This document shows positions 1 to 9,064 of a DNA stretch of 64,000 nucleotides, piece after piece. The notes beneath the pieces were generated by a model. The model ran no database searches, was not told the DNA's origin, and was given only the letters and a program-made list of their open reading frames with translations. The position numbers and the translations under genes are program-made. This stretch comes from Actinomycetota bacterium (GTDB lineage Bacteria > Actinomycetota > Acidimicrobiia > Acidimicrobiales > AC-14), in contig JAXDOC010000014.1 in the NCBI GenBank assembly GCA_034669165.1, positions 41,110-105,109 of the forward strand. Direction: 5' to 3'. Each line of letters starts with the position of its first letter. The stretch's first letter is position 1.

Positions 1-845
1 CCCAGCCCCTCGACATTGGGGCGGCGGCCGGTGGCCACCAGCAGCTCCTCGCCCTCCCATCGGGCCGGCTCCCCGTCCTCACTGCCGAAGACGATCTTGC
101 GGTCGTGGGCCACCGCCACCCGCTCGATCTCCACGTTGAAGTGAAAGTTGACCCCCTCTGACCGGAGCTTGGCCACCAGGATGTCGACCAGATCGGGCTC
201 GTCCCGGGGCAGGATGCGGGGGCCCTTCTGGAGCACGGTGGTGCCGATCCCGAGACGGGTGAAGGCCTGCGACATCTCGGTGGCGATGGGGCCGGCGCCG
301 ACCATCACCATGCTGGCCGGCGCCCGCTCCAGGTCCCACAGGGTCTCGCTGGTGAGGAACCCGGCCTCCTGCAGGCCCTCGATGGGAGGGACCACGGGCC
401 GGCTGCCGGTGCAGATGAGGATGAACCGGGTTTCGAGGTCGCGGTCCTCCCCCGCCGGCCCCTCGCCCAGCACTCGAACCGTGTTGGGGCCCACGACGCG
501 GGCCTGGCCCCGGATGATCTCGACACCGTCGGCCGCGAACCGGTCGGGGTCGTCGTCGGTGGACGCGATCTCCTGCTGGATGGCCCGGATGCGCTTCCAG
601 ACGAGGGACGTGTCGATGTCGGGGGCGAGTGAGGGCAGGCCGTAGGTGTCGGCCACCCGCATGGTGTGGGCCGCCTTGGCCGAGGCGAGGAGGGCCTTGC
701 TCGGGACGCACCCCGTCCACAGGCAGTCGCCGCCGACCCGGCCCCGCTCGACCACAGCCACCCGCAGGCCGATGGTGGCCGCGAACTCGGCTCCGATCAT
801 CCCGCCCGAGCCCATACCGACGATGACCAGGTCGTAGCGCGCCAT
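1..845 (-). CDS. FAD-dependent pyridine nucleotide-disulfide oxidoreductase (dihydrolipoyl dehydrogenase / mercuric reductase-like); C-terminal part lies beyond the window edge
   Basis: Absent from the ORF track because it has no stop inside the window. My translation of the minus strand from the ATG (complement of 843-845) gives MARYDLVIVGMGSGGMIGAEFAATIGLRVAVVERGRVGGDCLWTGCVPSK. This shows a GxGxxG FAD fold followed by the CxxxxC redox disulfide of class I flavoprotein disulfide reductases. Confidence 0.85.
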   Translation of the reverse strand, partial: MARYDLVIVGMGSGGMIGAEFAATIGLRVAVVERGRVGGDCLWTGCVPSKALLASAKAAHTMRVADTYGLPSLAPDIDTSLVWKRIRAIQQEIASTDDDPDRFAADGVEIIRGQARVVGPNTVRVLGEGPAGEDRDLETRFILICTGSRPVVPPIEGLQEAGFLTSETLWDLERAPASMVMVGAGPIATEMSQAFTRLGIGTTVLQKGPRILPRDEPDLVDILVAKLRSEGVNFHFNVEIERVAVAHDRKIVFGSEDGEPARWEGEELLVATGRRPNVEGL

Positions 846-911
846 TTTCCCGACAAGCCCCCCTGTGCTCCCCTGCCGACTGACTGTACCGGGCGCTCCT
901 AGGCTCGGGAG

Positions 912-2138
912 GTGCCTTTCGACCCCCAGTCCGGCGTCGTCGACGTGGTCATGGGGCTGGCGGCGCTGGCCACCCTGGTCACCCTCGTCCGCTCCCGGCG
1001 GACGTTCCTCGCCCTCCAGCTCACCGCCGACGGCAAACGGTTGGCCACCCAGGCGGCGGTGTTCCTGGTCCCGCCGATCGTGGTGCTGATCCACGAACTG
1101 GGCCACGTGGTGGGCGTGATGGCCGTCGGCGCCCGGGTCAGCAGCTTCCACTACGGCTTCTTCGAGGGCGCGGTCGGCTACGTGGGCGACATCACCCCGG
1201 GCCAGGGCTGGTTCGTGTCCCTCCTGGGGAACCTGTTCGGGGCCGCCACCGGCCTGGCCCTGGTCGGGGTGGGGCTGAGCTGGTCCCGCCTCCGACCGGG
1301 GCTGCGCTACGTGCTCATCCTGGGGGGGACGCTCCAGGTCGGCTACGCCCTCGTCGGCTACCCGTTGCTGTCGCTGTCGTCGAACTGGGGCGACTGGGTG
1401 GTCATCTACGACTTCTCGGCCACGCCTGTCCTGAGCTGGGCGACCGCCGGGGTGCACGCGGCGGCGTTGGCCGGGTTGTGGCGGTGGTGGCGGGGCTCGG
1501 TGCGCCACACCCTGTTCGGGATCGGATCGGGAGAGGGCGAACGGGTGGCCGCGGGTCGGCGGGCGGTGCGCGACCACCCCACCGACGAGCGGGCGTGGCT
1601 CGACCTGGCCGGGCTCTACGCCCGCCGGCGCGAGCTGGGCCTGGCCCGGGACACCCTCGACCGGGCCGTCGCGCCCGGGGCCGCGCCCACCGCCGGCGTC
1701 CACCTGGCCCGGGCCCGGGTGGCGATCATGGAGTCCCGCTGGTCGGCGGCGGTGATGGCGGCCGAGGCGGGGGTGAAGGTGGCCGGGCCCGACGACGTCG
1801 AGATCGTCCAGCGGCTGTGGGCCAACCAGGGCCTGGCCCTGGCGTCGATGGATCGGCCGGCGCACGCCCTGGCCGCCTTCGACCGGGTCCAGCCGCCGGT
1901 GGTCGACGACGCCCGCGTCCGCTACGGGCGGGGCGTGGCCCGGCTGGGCGCGGGCGACCCGGATGGCGGCCGGGCCGACCTGGAGGCCGTCGTCCGCGCC
2001 CTCCCCGTCGACAACCTCCTCGGCCGGTGGGCCGCGGCCCGCCTCGCCGGCCGCGTCCCCGACCCCCCCGACGACGCCGACCGCCCCAACTACCTCCGCC
2101 GCTCGGCGTCCCCGCCCGCCCCCATCGCCGGCGTCTGA
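912..2138 (+). CDS. Membrane protein with HExxH metalloprotease motif and C-terminal TPR-like helical region
   Basis: 408-aa ORF with several hydrophobic segments, an IHELGHVVG motif and an Ala/Leu/Arg-rich repeat-like C-terminus. Amino-acid composition is coding-like. Confidence 0.6.
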   Translation: MPFDPQSGVVDVVMGLAALATLVTLVRSRRTFLALQLTADGKRLATQAAVFLVPPIVVLIHELGHVVGVMAVGARVSSFHYGFFEGAVGYVGDITPGQGWFVSLLGNLFGAATGLALVGVGLSWSRLRPGLRYVLILGGTLQVGYALVGYPLLSLSSNWGDWVVIYDFSATPVLSWATAGVHAAALAGLWRWWRGSVRHTLFGIGSGEGERVAAGRRAVRDHPTDERAWLDLAGLYARRRELGLARDTLDRAVAPGAAPTAGVHLARARVAIMESRWSAAVMAAEAGVKVAGPDDVEIVQRLWANQGLALASMDRPAHALAAFDRVQPPVVDDARVRYGRGVARLGAGDPDGGRADLEAVVRALPVDNLLGRWAAARLAGRVPDPPDDADRPNYLRRSASPPAPIAGV

Positions 2139-2166
2139 CGACCTCGAACCGGTTCGACGGGAGCGG

Positions 2167-3177
2167 TCAGGGGAGGACGGGGAGCGCCTGCAGGAGGGGC
2201 TCGAGCTCGGCCTTGGTGGCGACGTTGTCGAGGCGGGCGGTGATCACTCCGTCGCCGCCGACCACGAACACCCACGGCTCGTTGAGGCCGGTGGACTGGT
2301 CGCGGAAGATCCAGTCGGCCGCGGCCTGGTTGACCACCGAGTTCTGGAAGTCGCGCCACACCTCGATGTGGATGAACGTGGCCCGGTCGCCGTAGGCGTG
2401 CGACAACTCCTGCACCATGTCGGTGACCGGCCCGCAGAAGCGGCTGGTGCAGTACACCGGCGTGGCGATCACGACCACCACCGGCCGGCCCGCGCCGAGG
2501 GCGGCCTCCACCGTGGTGGCGTGGAGCTCGGGGTCGGGGATGGGCTGGGTGCCGTCGCTGCCGGCTCGGGAGTCGATGCCGCCGCGGGGCACGTCGGGCG
2601 GCGAGTCCATGGTGAGGTTCTTGGACCGGGGCGCGGCGTCGCCCACGCCGGGGACGAGGTGGTGGTCGAGGACCTCGAAGGCGCCGGTGCCACTCTGGTC
2701 CTCACCGTCGACCGCCACCGTCACCTCGGCCCGCCAGAATCCGGGCTTGTCGAAGCCGACCGAGGCCGCATAGACGCCGCGGGCCTGGGCCCCGCTCACC
2801 AACTGGGGCGCGATCACCCCGACGGGCGAGTCGGGCGTGCCCGGGATCGGCAGGTAGGCGGCCGTCACCGGCGGGCCCGCGACCGGCTCCTTGACGGGAG
2901 CGTCCTTGGTGCCGAGGTAGGTGAAGCGGACGGGCACGGTGCCGAAGGCCAGGATCTGCTGGTCGCCCGACTGCACGCCCACGATGACCCGGGCCGGTGG
3001 TCCGACGACCAGGTCGTAGCTGGCCACCTGGACCACGAGGTCGCCGGTGGGCGACGTGGTGGCGGTGGTCCCGCCCGACGAGCCGTCGTCGGACGAGCAC
3101 GCACCCAGCACGAGGAGCAGGGCCAGGGCCAGCGCCCACGCCAGAGCCGGCCGGCGGGACATCTGCATGCGTGTCAT
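2167..3177 (-). CDS. Lipoprotein with thioredoxin-fold-like C-terminal domain
   Basis: Signal peptide with LGAC lipobox (MSRRPALAWALALALLLVLGACSSDD). The C-terminal segment VVVIATPVYCTSRFCGPV...FIHIEVW resembles TlpA/SCO-like thioredoxin folds. Confidence 0.6.
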   Translation of the reverse strand: MTRMQMSRRPALAWALALALLLVLGACSSDDGSSGGTTATTSPTGDLVVQVASYDLVVGPPARVIVGVQSGDQQILAFGTVPVRFTYLGTKDAPVKEPVAGPPVTAAYLPIPGTPDSPVGVIAPQLVSGAQARGVYAASVGFDKPGFWRAEVTVAVDGEDQSGTGAFEVLDHHLVPGVGDAAPRSKNLTMDSPPDVPRGGIDSRAGSDGTQPIPDPELHATTVEAALGAGRPVVVVIATPVYCTSRFCGPVTDMVQELSHAYGDRATFIHIEVWRDFQNSVVNQAAADWIFRDQSTGLNEPWVFVVGGDGVITARLDNVATKAELEPLLQALPVLP

Positions 3178-3611
3178 TTGGCGCAGGGCGGCAGGGGAAC
3201 CGCAAGTCGGTCGAGGGCGTCCCGGGTGACCGCGACGAGCGGGCCGAGGTCGTCCGCCACCCGGTCCCCGCTGGCCAGGCCAGAGAAGTCGGCCTCCACC
3301 TTCTGCTTGGCCTCCAGCAGGCGGGCGGCGAGGGACCGGTCGACGTCCTCCACCGCCCGGGCGATCAGGTGGAGGGTCGTGTGGGAGCGGTCGAAGAACC
3401 GGGCCTCCGCCGCCTGGGGCCGATCGGGGGCCTCGTCCCGGGCGAGACAGAGGTTGGCCAGCGCGTCGGTCATCTGGGCGACGGGCACCGGGTCGCCGGC
3501 CACGACGATGGTGGGCCCGGTGGTCGGCGGCGGATCGGCCGTGTCGACCTTGACACAGGCCGGCCCCGCGACGAGGAGGACCAGCAGGGCCACCGCGAAC
3601 CGTGGGGTCAC
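3174..3611 (-). CDS. Small secreted or lipoprotein-like hypothetical protein
   Basis: 145 aa with an N-terminal signal-like segment (MTPRFAVALLVLLVAGPAC). Its stop overlaps the start of the downstream lipoprotein gene by 4 nt (3174-3177). Confidence 0.55.
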   Translation of the reverse strand: MTPRFAVALLVLLVAGPACVKVDTADPPPTTGPTIVVAGDPVPVAQMTDALANLCLARDEAPDRPQAAEARFFDRSHTTLHLIARAVEDVDRSLAARLLEAKQKVEADFSGLASGDRVADDLGPLVAVTRDALDRLAVPLPPCAK

Positions 3612-3627
3612 GGCGACGGCAGGCTGC

Positions 3628-4128
3628 TCAGGAAACGGGTTCGGGTTCGGGGGGCGGAGCGGGGTGCACGGGGTGGGCGGGGTGGGCGAACAGCACCTTG
3701 TTGAGGATCACGAACTTGGCGATCCACAGCACCCCGAAGGCGGCCAGGGCGGCGACGTTGACGACCAGCTTCTGACCCAGGTGCGATGACGTAAACGACG
3801 CCGCGTGGCTCTCGGCCCAGTCGGCCGACCAGGTGGACAGGATGAGCCCCAGCAGGGCCATGCCCCAGAAGGGGACGATCTCCTTCATCAGGTGGGACCG
3901 GCCCGTCTTGCCCCATGCCCACGCCCGGTTGAGCTGGTACGACGGCACCGCCGACAGGCACACGGCGATGATGTTCGAGGTGCGGGCCGACCATTGGAAC
4001 TGGGCCACGAACAGGATGACCTGCGAGACCACCACCGAGACGACCGACACCAGGCTGTAGCGGACGAGCTTGCGCCCGCCGGGTGTGCGCGCCCGCTCAA
4101 GCAGGCTGCTGGGGGAGAGGTGCACCAT
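3628..4128 (-). CDS. GtrA-family membrane protein
   Basis: 166 aa with four hydrophobic helices. The pattern LVRYSLVSVVSVVVSQVILF...NRAWAWG...FVILNKVLF is typical of GtrA-like proteins. Confidence 0.75.
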   Translation of the reverse strand: MVHLSPSSLLERARTPGGRKLVRYSLVSVVSVVVSQVILFVAQFQWSARTSNIIAVCLSAVPSYQLNRAWAWGKTGRSHLMKEIVPFWGMALLGLILSTWSADWAESHAASFTSSHLGQKLVVNVAALAAFGVLWIAKFVILNKVLFAHPAHPVHPAPPPEPEPVS

Positions 4129-4203
4129 GTCGATCCTATCGGCACGAAACCGGCGCCGGTGGAGCAGCCCGGCCTGGGTCGATCGACCCCATCCTCGGGG
4201 CCG

Positions 4204-6585
4204 GTGGCAGCCCGGGCGACGCCCGGGTCGGCGCCGGGTCGACGCCCGGGTCGACGCCAGTTTGCTCCTGGCGGCCGGAGTGGTGACACTCGATGGCTCC
4301 CTCTCGCAGCCTGCAAAGGACCGTCGACCACGTCCATTTCCGAGATTCAGGCCGAACAGGCGGTCATCGATCGCGCCTACTCCCGGTTGGAGGCCATGCG
4401 CGACTCAGCCCGCGCCGTCTCCGCCGACGTGCTCGAGACCACGCCCGGTGGCACCCACCAGGCCCGTCTCGAACGCGACGTGCGGGTCCAGCTGACCGAG
4501 CGCCGCCTGGCCGCGCTCCAGGTGGGCGAGGCCGGCCTCGTCTTCGGGCGGACAGACGCGTCCGACGGCGACCGGCGCTACATCGGCCGCCTGGCCATCT
4601 CCGACGAGGACAACGAGCCGCTCGTGGTCGACTGGCGGGCGCCGGCGGCGGAGCCCTTCTACCGGGCCACGCCGGGCGCCCCGATGGGCCTTGTCCGCCG
4701 CCGCCACTTCATCCTCCGGGGCCGCACCCTCACCGGGCTCGACGACGAGCTGCTCACCGCCGAGCCCACCGGCGCCGACCTGGTCCTGGTGGGCGAGGGG
4801 GCGCTGCTGGCCGCCCTCGAGCGCTCGCGTTCGGGGCGGATGGCCGACATCGTGGCCACCATCCAGCGGGAGCAGGACGAGATCGTCCGCTCTCCCCTGC
4901 CCGGCATCGTCGTCGTCCAGGGCGGGCCGGGCACGGGCAAGACCGCCGTCGCCCTCCACCGGGCCGCCTACCTGCTCTACACGTTCCGCTTCCCCCTGGA
5001 GCGGGCCGGGGTGCTGCTCATCGGCCCCAGCCGCATCTTCCTGCGCTACATCGAGCAGGTCCTGCCCGCGCTCGGCGAGCACACCGTCAACCTGGCCACG
5101 CCCGCCGACCTGGTGCCCACGCCCGTCCGGGGCGTCGACGCCCCCGAGGCGGCCCGCCTCAAGGGCGAGGCCCGCATGGCCACCTTCGTCGCCCAGGCCG
5201 TCGTCGACCGCGAGCGGGGCCTGCCCGAGCCCGTCAGCCTGCTGTGGAACGGCCAGCGCATGCGCCTGTCGGTGCGCGACTCCCGCCGCATCGTCGAGGG
5301 GGTCAGGCGCCGCCGGGGCACCCACAACGAACGGCGGGCGCAGCTGGAGCGGTCGGTGGTGCGCCACCTCATGGGCCAGCTCAAGCTGGAGGACGACGAC
5401 ACCGGCCAGGACGCCCGGGAGGCGATCGGGCGGACGCTGCGGGCCGACCGGGCGCTCGTCACCGCCCTCGAGCGGATGTGGCCGGTGCTGACGCCCGAGG
5501 AACTGCTCCACGACCTGTTCGGCTGGCCCGCCCTCGTCCGCCTGGCCGGTCGGGGCGTGCTCGACGAGGCCGAGGGGGCGCTCCTCCACCGACCGCGCTC
5601 GGCCGGCGTGGCCGATGTGCCGTGGACCGAGGCCGACCTGCCCCTCCTCGACGAGGCCATGGTGCACCTCGGCCCCGTCACCCGGCGGCGGAAGGCGGCC
5701 GGGCGCGAGAGCGACGGTCCCGCGGGCTGGGAGCGGGAGAAGGTGGTGGCGGAGATGGGCGAGCTCGACGCCCAGATGCGCCGCGACGTCCTCCGCCACC
5801 TGGAGGACATCGACGGCCGCAGCACCAACGGCGACGAGGAGGGGCTCGAACTCTGGAACCGCACGTTCGGTCACGTGGTGATCGACGAGGCCCAGGACCT
5901 GTCGCCCATGCAGCTGCGCATGGTCGGCCGGCGGGTGCCGAGCGGCTCGCTCACCATCGTGGGCGACCTGGGCCAGGCCAGCGGCTCGTGGGCCCCCCGC
6001 TCGTGGGACGAGGTGGTGGCCCACCTGCCCTCGTCCGACCGGCGCCCGGCCCGGCGGGCGGAGCTCACGGTCAACTACCGCACGCCGTCGGAGGTCATGG
6101 ACGTGGCCGCCCGGGTCCTGGCCGTGGCCGCGCCCGAGCTCACGCCGTCGCGGTCGGTGCGCCAGGCGGGGGTGGAGCCGGTGTTCACCGCGGTCGCCCC
6201 CGACGACGCGGCTGCCCTCGACGCGGCGGTGGTGGAGGCGGCCCGGGCCGAGCAGGAAGCGGTGCCCGACGGGAAGGTGGCCGTGCTCACCGCGCCGTCG
6301 ATGGTGGAGCGGGTCCGTTCGGTGCTGTCGTCTGCGGGGAAGGGTCCAGAGATGCTCGACTCTCCGCTGGCCGTGCTGCCGGTGCAGCAGGCCAAGGGCC
6401 TGGAGTTCGACTCGGTGATCGTGGTCGAGCCGGCCGCCATCGTGGCCGAGCACCCCCACGGCTGGCGGGCGCTCTACCTGGCCCTCACCCGCACCACCCG
6501 CCGCCTGCAGGTCGTGTCGGCCCAATCCCTGCCGGCGGGCCTGGAGCCGTCACCGGTCGAGGACGGCCCGCCACCGGTGCCATGA
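4204..6585 (+). CDS. helD: HelD-type UvrD-like helicase (RNA polymerase recycling ATPase)
   Basis: The N-terminal region SEIQAEQAVIDRAYSRLE...RYIGRLAISDEDNEPLVVDWRAPAAEPFY resembles mycobacterial HelD. A Walker A motif VVQGGPGTGKT and a C-terminal UvrD-like domain (AKGLEFDSVIVVEP) are present. The stop at 6585 is firm. The start is ambiguous: in-frame GTG at 4159 and 4204, TTG at 4387, ATG at 4396, while the homology begins near 4336. Confidence 0.85.
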   Translation: MAARATPGSAPGRRPGRRQFAPGGRSGDTRWLPLAACKGPSTTSISEIQAEQAVIDRAYSRLEAMRDSARAVSADVLETTPGGTHQARLERDVRVQLTERRLAALQVGEAGLVFGRTDASDGDRRYIGRLAISDEDNEPLVVDWRAPAAEPFYRATPGAPMGLVRRRHFILRGRTLTGLDDELLTAEPTGADLVLVGEGALLAALERSRSGRMADIVATIQREQDEIVRSPLPGIVVVQGGPGTGKTAVALHRAAYLLYTFRFPLERAGVLLIGPSRIFLRYIEQVLPALGEHTVNLATPADLVPTPVRGVDAPEAARLKGEARMATFVAQAVVDRERGLPEPVSLLWNGQRMRLSVRDSRRIVEGVRRRRGTHNERRAQLERSVVRHLMGQLKLEDDDTGQDAREAIGRTLRADRALVTALERMWPVLTPEELLHDLFGWPALVRLAGRGVLDEAEGALLHRPRSAGVADVPWTEADLPLLDEAMVHLGPVTRRRKAAGRESDGPAGWEREKVVAEMGELDAQMRRDVLRHLEDIDGRSTNGDEEGLELWNRTFGHVVIDEAQDLSPMQLRMVGRRVPSGSLTIVGDLGQASGSWAPRSWDEVVAHLPSSDRRPARRAELTVNYRTPSEVMDVAARVLAVAAPELTPSRSVRQAGVEPVFTAVAPDDAAALDAAVVEAARAEQEAVPDGKVAVLTAPSMVERVRSVLSSAGKGPEMLDSPLAVLPVQQAKGLEFDSVIVVEPAAIVAEHPHGWRALYLALTRTTRRLQVVSAQSLPAGLEPSPVEDGPPPVP

Positions 6586-7934
6586 TGGCCTCCGTGCCCG
6601 AGCCGGTGGAACAACACCAGCCGCCCGCCAGCTCCCCCGGCCACGTCACGTGGGGGATCGAGCCGGTGGGGCCCCTCCGGGGCGACGTCCGCATCTCGGG
6701 ATCGAAGAACGCGGTCACCAAGCTCATGGTCGCCGCCCTCCTGGCCGACACCCCCAGCGTCGTCCGCAACGCCCCCCGGCTGGGCGACGTCGACATCACC
6801 GCGGGGATGCTGCGCTCCATCGGGGCGGGCGTGGAGATCGACGGCGACACCGTCACCGTCGACCCCGAGCCGGTCACCGGCAGCCGCATCCCGGTGTCGT
6901 ACACGGGCCTCAACCGGGTGCCGATCCTCATGGTGGGGCCCCTCCTCCACCGCATCGGGGAGGCCTTCGTCCCCCTGGTCGGCGGCGACCGCATCGGGTC
7001 CCGCCCCGTCGACTTCCACGTGCAGGCGCTGCGCCACTTCGGCGCCGAGGTCGAGGTCACCGACGAGGGGCTGGAGGCCAAGGCGCTCCACCTCCACGGG
7101 GCCCACTTCGCCCTCCCCTTCCCCAGCGTCGGCGCCACCGAGACGGTGCTCATGACCGCGGCCGTGGCCGACGGCCGCACGATCCTGGAGAACGCCGCCG
7201 TCGAGCCCGAGGTGGTCGAGCTGGCCCTGCTGTTGCAGCGCATGGGCGCCCGCATCGAGCTGCAGCCCGACCGCCGGTTCGTGATCGAGGGTGTGTCCCG
7301 TCTGAACGGCGCCACCCAGCGGCTGGGCGGGGACCGCATCGAGGCCTTCTCCTACCTGGTGGCGGGCCTGGCCACGGGGGGCCGGGTGCGGATCTCGGGC
7401 TGCGGCCAGGACCGGCTGGTGACGGCCATCTCCACCCTCCAGCGCATGGGCGCCCGCTTCGAGATCGACGACGACAGCATCACCTGCGAGGCCGACGTCC
7501 TGCGACCGGCGGCGGTCCAGACCAGCCCCCATCCCGGGTTCATGACCGACTGGCAGCCGCCCCTTGTCGTGTTGTGCACCCGGGCCGCGGGGATGTCGGT
7601 GATCCACGAGACGGTGTTCGAGGACCGCCTGGGCTACGTCGACGCCCTGCGTTCGATGGAGGCGGAGGTGGAGCTGTTCGAGCAGTGCCTGGTGGGCGAG
7701 GCGTGCCGGTTCCAGGAGAGTGGGTCGTCCCACTCGGCCCTGGTCCGGGGCGTTCGGGCCCTGCGGGGGGCGGAGGTGGAGATGCCCGACATCCGGGGCG
7801 CCTTCGCCTATGTCATCGCCGCCGCCACCGCCGAGGGGCCGTCGATCCTCCACGGCGTCCACCACCTGGAGCGGGGCTACGACCAGGCCCTGGCCAAGTT
7901 CTCCGAGCTGGGCCTGCGCATCACGCCGACCTGA
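6582..7934 (+). CDS. murA: UDP-N-acetylglucosamine 1-carboxyvinyltransferase
   Basis: This is the real tail of the 1213-aa track ORF. The ATG at 6582 overlaps the helD stop. Signature segments are GDVRISGSKNAVTKLMVAALLADTPSVVRNAPRLGDVD and GGDRIGSRPVDFH. Confidence 0.9.
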   Translation: MMASVPEPVEQHQPPASSPGHVTWGIEPVGPLRGDVRISGSKNAVTKLMVAALLADTPSVVRNAPRLGDVDITAGMLRSIGAGVEIDGDTVTVDPEPVTGSRIPVSYTGLNRVPILMVGPLLHRIGEAFVPLVGGDRIGSRPVDFHVQALRHFGAEVEVTDEGLEAKALHLHGAHFALPFPSVGATETVLMTAAVADGRTILENAAVEPEVVELALLLQRMGARIELQPDRRFVIEGVSRLNGATQRLGGDRIEAFSYLVAGLATGGRVRISGCGQDRLVTAISTLQRMGARFEIDDDSITCEADVLRPAAVQTSPHPGFMTDWQPPLVVLCTRAAGMSVIHETVFEDRLGYVDALRSMEAEVELFEQCLVGEACRFQESGSSHSALVRGVRALRGAEVEMPDIRGAFAYVIAAATAEGPSILHGVHHLERGYDQALAKFSELGLRITPT

Positions 7935-7980
7935 TCGGTCCGGCGCCGGGGCGTGCGACGGCGGGGCCCGCCTCCGGGCG

Positions 7981-8796
7981 TCAGGCCCGGATCTCGACGG
8001 GGACGCCGATGGGGAGGGTCTCGGCCAACCGGGTGATGGCGTCGTTGTTCATGCGGATGCACCCGTTGCTCACGTCGGAGCCGATGCCGGACGGGTCGCT
8101 GGTGCCGTGGATACCGAACTGGCCGTCGCCGCCGCCGAAGTCGTAGATGACCTCCGAGTACCCCGACAGGCCGTAGGCGTAGGGCCCGTAGGCCGCCTTC
8201 TGCGACGCGAACAGCTCCACGGTGTAGAAGCGCCCGCCGGGGGTGGGCGTGGTGTCCACCCCGACCCCCACCGGCTCCTCGGCCCAGACGGCATCGCCCT
8301 CGAACACGGTGAGCTTGTGGGCGCCGAGCTCGACGACGATGGAGAAGTCGTGGCCGGCGAGGGTGACGTCGGCGCTGCGGATCCACCCGGTAGACCCGTT
8401 GGGCCGGACGGGCACCATCACGTTGAGCCAATCGGTGCGGGCCCCGATCACGAGGAAGACCTGCTCGGAGCCGGACGCACGGGGATTGGGCAGCGTCCAG
8501 GAGACGGGTGTGGCCGCGTCGGGGGCCCCGAAGACGTCGATCGACTCGCCCTTCACCGTCGCCACCAGGTTGCGATGGGGTGAGGCGGTGGTGGCGGTCG
8601 GGAACGCGGGTGGGAGGGGGAGGGTGGTCGCGGGGGCATCGGTGGGGGCGGTCGGAGCGCGGCCCGGGGTGGCCGTGAGTGGCTTGGCGGAGGGCGTCGC
8701 CACCTCGACCGTGTCGCGGGGGGCGGTCCCCGAGCCGAGTGCGGCGAGGATGAGCGCCGCCGCCAGCAGCCCGAGACTCAGGCCCCCCCGACGCAT
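7981..8796 (-). CDS. L,D-transpeptidase (YkuD domain), secreted
   Basis: N-terminal signal or TM segment. The C-terminal motif GIHGTSDPSGIGSDVSNGCIRMNNDAI carries the YkuD catalytic His/Cys. Confidence 0.85.
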   Translation of the reverse strand: MRRGGLSLGLLAAALILAALGSGTAPRDTVEVATPSAKPLTATPGRAPTAPTDAPATTLPLPPAFPTATTASPHRNLVATVKGESIDVFGAPDAATPVSWTLPNPRASGSEQVFLVIGARTDWLNVMVPVRPNGSTGWIRSADVTLAGHDFSIVVELGAHKLTVFEGDAVWAEEPVGVGVDTTPTPGGRFYTVELFASQKAAYGPYAYGLSGYSEVIYDFGGGDGQFGIHGTSDPSGIGSDVSNGCIRMNNDAITRLAETLPIGVPVEIRA

Positions 8797-9064
8797 GTCC
8801 GGATGCTACCGGCGGGCCCTGGCCGAACAGGCCGCGGGCGGCCTGACGTCAGTTGATGTCACGGGCCCACGGTCGCGCTCGAGCCGTGGGCGTCCGGCGG
8901 ACGTCAATGCGCCCGAGCCGGTTCCCACCAACCCCGGCTTCCACGTCGTCTGGCATGTCAGACGGAGGGGTCCGTCGTTGTCATTGCAACTCGATGCTGT
9001 CAATTGACTTCCTTTCATTATTCCGAAATTTTCCGCATTATTTTGCCTATTCTGGCTTGCGTCA

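Noticed and set aside
4293-7934. 1213-aa ORF in the track spanning helD and murA
   Set aside because: The first ~760 residues are Arg/Pro/Gly-rich wrong-frame translation over helD, which is typical of high-GC DNA. Only the last 451 codons (murA, from 6582) have a protein-like sequence and motifs.
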